A program made the position numbers and the translations under genes. Source: Bilabrum cf. latius (lineage: Eukaryota). From it: a stretch of DNA of 64,000 nt. The stretch is from NCBI GenBank assembly GCA_965178125.1, contig OZ237768.1, positions 620,001 through 684,000 on the forward strand. Direction: 5' to 3'. The notes under the pieces were generated by a model that saw nothing but the letters and a program-made list of their open reading frames with translations, did not search any database and was not told the origin of the DNA. The stretch's first letter is position 1. Each line of letters opens with the position of its first letter. Below, in pieces: positions 60,882-64,000 of the stretch.

Positions 60882-63449
60882 TCAGGAGCTCCCTTTGCTC
60901 CCATCGCCTCCCTCCCCGCTGCCTCCCGATCCACCATCCCCAGGCCCGCTCCCACTCCCACCGCCCTCGCCGCCCGCCCCATCTGCCTCCATGGGCGCCT
61001 ACCCACCTGCACCACCCTGCGGTGCACCTTCCGACCTGCGCCTGCCCTCCCTCGCCTGCATGGCATCCAGAAAGGCACCCGTCGAGTCGCCCGCAGCCAT
61101 CGCATCCGCGCCGTCGGACGGAGACAGCCCCGCGGCTGCGAACAGAGATGCGGCTCCGGGTCCATCCAGGGCCCGCCCGAGGTTCGAAGCGGCCTGGGCG
61201 GCCTGCGGGGAGGAGAGGGCCCTCCGCAGCTGCTCGGTGTTCCTCAGCTCTGGGGGCAGCAGCGGAAGCAGACTGGCGACCGCCTCGGGGTCGGAGGCCA
61301 GTCGTGCCGCCGCGTCCCCGCTCCACACCATACCCAGGGGGGCCCCCCGGGACTGGGCCTGCGCCTGTGCCTGTGCCTGCATCATGGCCATGAGCTGCTG
61401 CTGCCACGCCGGTGCCATCCCGCCAGCACTCGCCACACCGGAAGCGCCCCCGGTGGAGGACCCGGCCGCCTGGTTGTGCTGCTGCTGGTCCAGGCCTAGG
61501 TCGTCCAGAGCCCCCGCCAAAGCGAGGTCAAGATCTGCGGTGTGGCGAGTGCGGTGGGTCATGGGGGCGATGACAGTAGCGGGGCGGCGGTGGAGAGAGA
61601 CGGGGGGTCCAGCGCGGGGAACGGGCGGTGGGCACGGGTGCACCGGGAGCTGTGGGGTGCTAGCGTGAGTGGCCGTGGGTGAGGGTGAGGGGGAGGGGGA
61701 GGGGGAGGGGGAGGGCTTGAAGAGATTTGAGTGCGCGGTGGAGACTCAACGGTTATGTATTGAGACTCAACGGACACCCTAATCTCCCATCTAGCACAAG
61801 GCCCCCGTCCCATTCCATACCCCGACCAGCCTCAGCCCCAGCCCCTGCCTCTGCCACCACTCCGCACCTGTCCCATCGCACCAAAACATCCTGCCTGCTT
61901 GCCCGCACCACTCGCTGCAAGCAGTTTCGACTCAAGAAGAGCTCTTACCGTCTCCGCCCTCGCCTGCGCTGCCATCGGGATGCTCCTGCTCGTCCTCGTC
62001 GTCATCATCGCCCTCTCCATCCACGTACTAGACTTCGTCCTCGTCCTCCTCCAGCAATGAGGCAGCAATGGCCTGCTGCAGAGCTGCGATGGAACAATAG
62101 GGAAGTTGGAAGTAGAGAGAAACAGGGTGGAAACGGGAACCGGCTAGACCTGGACGAGAGCCACAAAGCGGCCACCTACCCACCCACTGACCCTCCCTCG
62201 AAGAGCAGAGCAGAGCAGAGCAGAGCAGGAAACCGTTCCAATTGCCACGCAAACAAGTCACTATACCAAGGCACGATAAAGACCAACTCGTCACGATCTA
62301 CTCACCATCATCGTCGTACAGCATCTCTTCCGCGCCGTCCCCGCCGCCGTCATTCTCCGCCGACTCCCCACTCGCGCCCCGGTCCCCCCCCGCGTCACCA
62401 GCAGCCCCCGGGGCCGGGGCAGCGGCAGGCGCAGAGGACCCCGGGGCAGAGCTGCCAGCGGGAGCCTAGGAAGACGAGGAAGAAGAAGCCGAGGAGGAGG
62501 ACGGTCCGGAGGTGGAGGTGGACGCAGATGCCCCTGCCCCCGCTGCTGCACCCAGGCCTGTGGCCGCCGCCGCACGAGGGCCAGACGCAGCGCCCGCCCG
62601 ACCGGCCCCGGCGCCCATGCCAGCTCCCGCCCCCGCCCCCGCTGCGCCGCCACCCATCATGCCAAGCACCGCGGGATTGATGCCCAGGCGAGCCAGCTGC
62701 TCCATGCTCACACCGCCGGCGCCACCCATGCCCCCGCCAGCGCCGCCCATGAGCGCCGCCAGCCCGCCCATCCCACCCATGCCTCCCATCCCTGGCATGC
62801 CCCGGGGGGCCGCCATGCCCTCGGGCATGCGGCCGTCCATGAGGCGCTGGAACTGGCGCGCGCTCTCGCGTTCCTGGTCCAGTCGCTCGGGAGTGGACGG
62901 GCCCTGCAGCCAGAAATAGAACTGGCGGTCGCCTTGCGTGGTCTGCACGGTAAGCTCGCATACGCGAGCAGTCGGATCGGGGCAGCGGACGCGACGGAGC
63001 TTGCCGGCGCCCGGCAGGCACTCGAGGTCGATGTCCGGCCGGGACTGCCCTTTCGGCCGCCAGCGCACGCGCGGCGCACTTCCAGGGGACTCGAGAACGA
63101 TCTACAGCTCTCCTCGGGCTTTCTACGGGATTAGGCGCACCGCGCGTCGCCCTTCAGACATGGGGGCGCTTCGAAGCGAAACACGTCCGGCTTGCAGAAC
63201 TACGGCTGCGCCTCGCGACTGCGAATGGGTTCAACGAGCTTAGTATGGCAGAACAACATGATGCCAGGTTATATCAGGCTGATAATCGCTCGGACTATCG
63301 CTCGAATATCTGCGCTAGCACGGCCACGTCGCTCAAAGCTCGCAACCGAGCAAGCACACTCAATTCGAAAGTCCGTATAAACGCATCGCTATTCAACTCA
63401 CCCTTCCCCGCTCTTCCTATTGCGCCTACTGAAACAGATTTGTTGCCAT
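60882..63449 (-). CDS. ADRM1: Proteasomal ubiquitin receptor Rpn13/ADRM1 (about 4 exons)
   Basis: Pru domain (LQAGRV..P(TAG)KARGEL..RWRP..ARVCEL..FYFWLQ) and DEUBAD-like C-terminus (LLPLLPPE..LRRALSSPQ..ASNLGRALD). Exon 1 is 63402-63449 and exon 2 starts at 63218; the later intron boundaries are approximate. TGA at 60882-60884. Confidence 0.75.
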
Positions 63450-63602
63450 CCTTGCAGTATTTCCAAACTATCCTTGTTGGGCGGGCGTTCCTGGTCGATC
63501 TCGCGATGTGGTATTTGATCGGTTTGTAGCGTAACAAAATCACCACACCCCCTCGGCGTGTCTGTAGCTATTTTCTCAGCCTTTTAGTCGTATTCCAGGC
63601 AG

Positions 63603-64000
63603 ATGAATAGAGCTAGACGTTCATTATCAGTGTTTGGAAGCAGGTGTCGCGATATTGCCTCGCAGGTTGAGGCTACCGTGCCGCTGCAAGCCATCGCGTA
63701 TGTGCCTTGCAGGCAGATATGCCAGTGCACACGAACACAGCGGTCAACCAGCGCAATGCATCCCAGCCGCGAAAGCAACATGTCACGGAAGTTGCATTCT
63801 TCCGTGCGGGCTCGTTAGGTAGGTTCGGGGGGACCAGGCAGTGGCGATGATGACGCCGGCAAGGCCCTGTTCGGCCCTGGAGCAGCTGGAGCCGGATCTG
63901 ATGGAATCTCAGACGCAGAATCGGATGATGAGCTAAAGATGTTGCAGGAAGAAGCCCGCTGGGCCCAAGAAAGGGAGCAGATGGCCTCTGGCACGGGGGA
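63603..64000 (+). CDS. 5' part of a hypothetical protein (possible mitochondrial presequence), runs off window
   Basis: ATG 63603 with an Arg/Ser-rich start. After TAG 63816 the frame stays open (acidic segment) to the window edge. Confidence 0.4.

Noticed and set aside
1-64000. Interpreting the TAG-interrupted genes as a pseudogene cluster or as C-to-T hypermutation
   Set aside because: Decay or deamination would also create TAA and TGA (from CAA, CGA) and frameshifts. Only TAG occurs, and it occurs in housekeeping genes with intact motifs.
1-64000. Prokaryotic or code-15 phage origin
   Set aside because: Spliceosomal introns and eukaryote-specific genes (eEF2, WDR33, ADRM1, SNF5-like) indicate nuclear DNA.

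Overview
Gene-dense nuclear DNA from a unicellular eukaryote. It has GT-AG spliceosomal introns and genes for eEF2, WDR33/Pfs2, Rpn13, MFSD12, an HDAC and an SNF5-domain protein. The lineage cannot be fixed from this window; a heterotrophic protist such as a stramenopile is my guess. The main feature is a non-standard genetic code. Almost every gene is broken in the supplied ORF track only by in-frame TAG codons (more than 80 by hand count) and never by TAA or TGA. Three TAGs align with Gln in paralogs inside the window, others fall at Gln positions of the TPR consensus, and genes end at TGA or TAA. The best reading is UAG=Gln with UAA/UGA still stops, a rare uncoupling of UAA and UAG. Under this code the window resolves into about 17 intact genes: a membrane cyclase-like protein, two head-to-head CLU+TPR paralogs, an LRR/EF-hand-like protein, eEF2, a GH110-like beta-helix protein, SNF5-like, a tandem array of a novel MGGVC-starting family, HDAC, MFSD12, WDR33, ADRM1 and a few hypotheticals. 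It also holds a piggyBac-like transposon with an ATAC rather than TTAA target duplication plus a solo end after GTAC, a 1-kb hAT-like non-autonomous element, and a strongly over-represented dispersed 10-mer, GTGTGACGAG. All counts and exon boundaries were worked out by eye.
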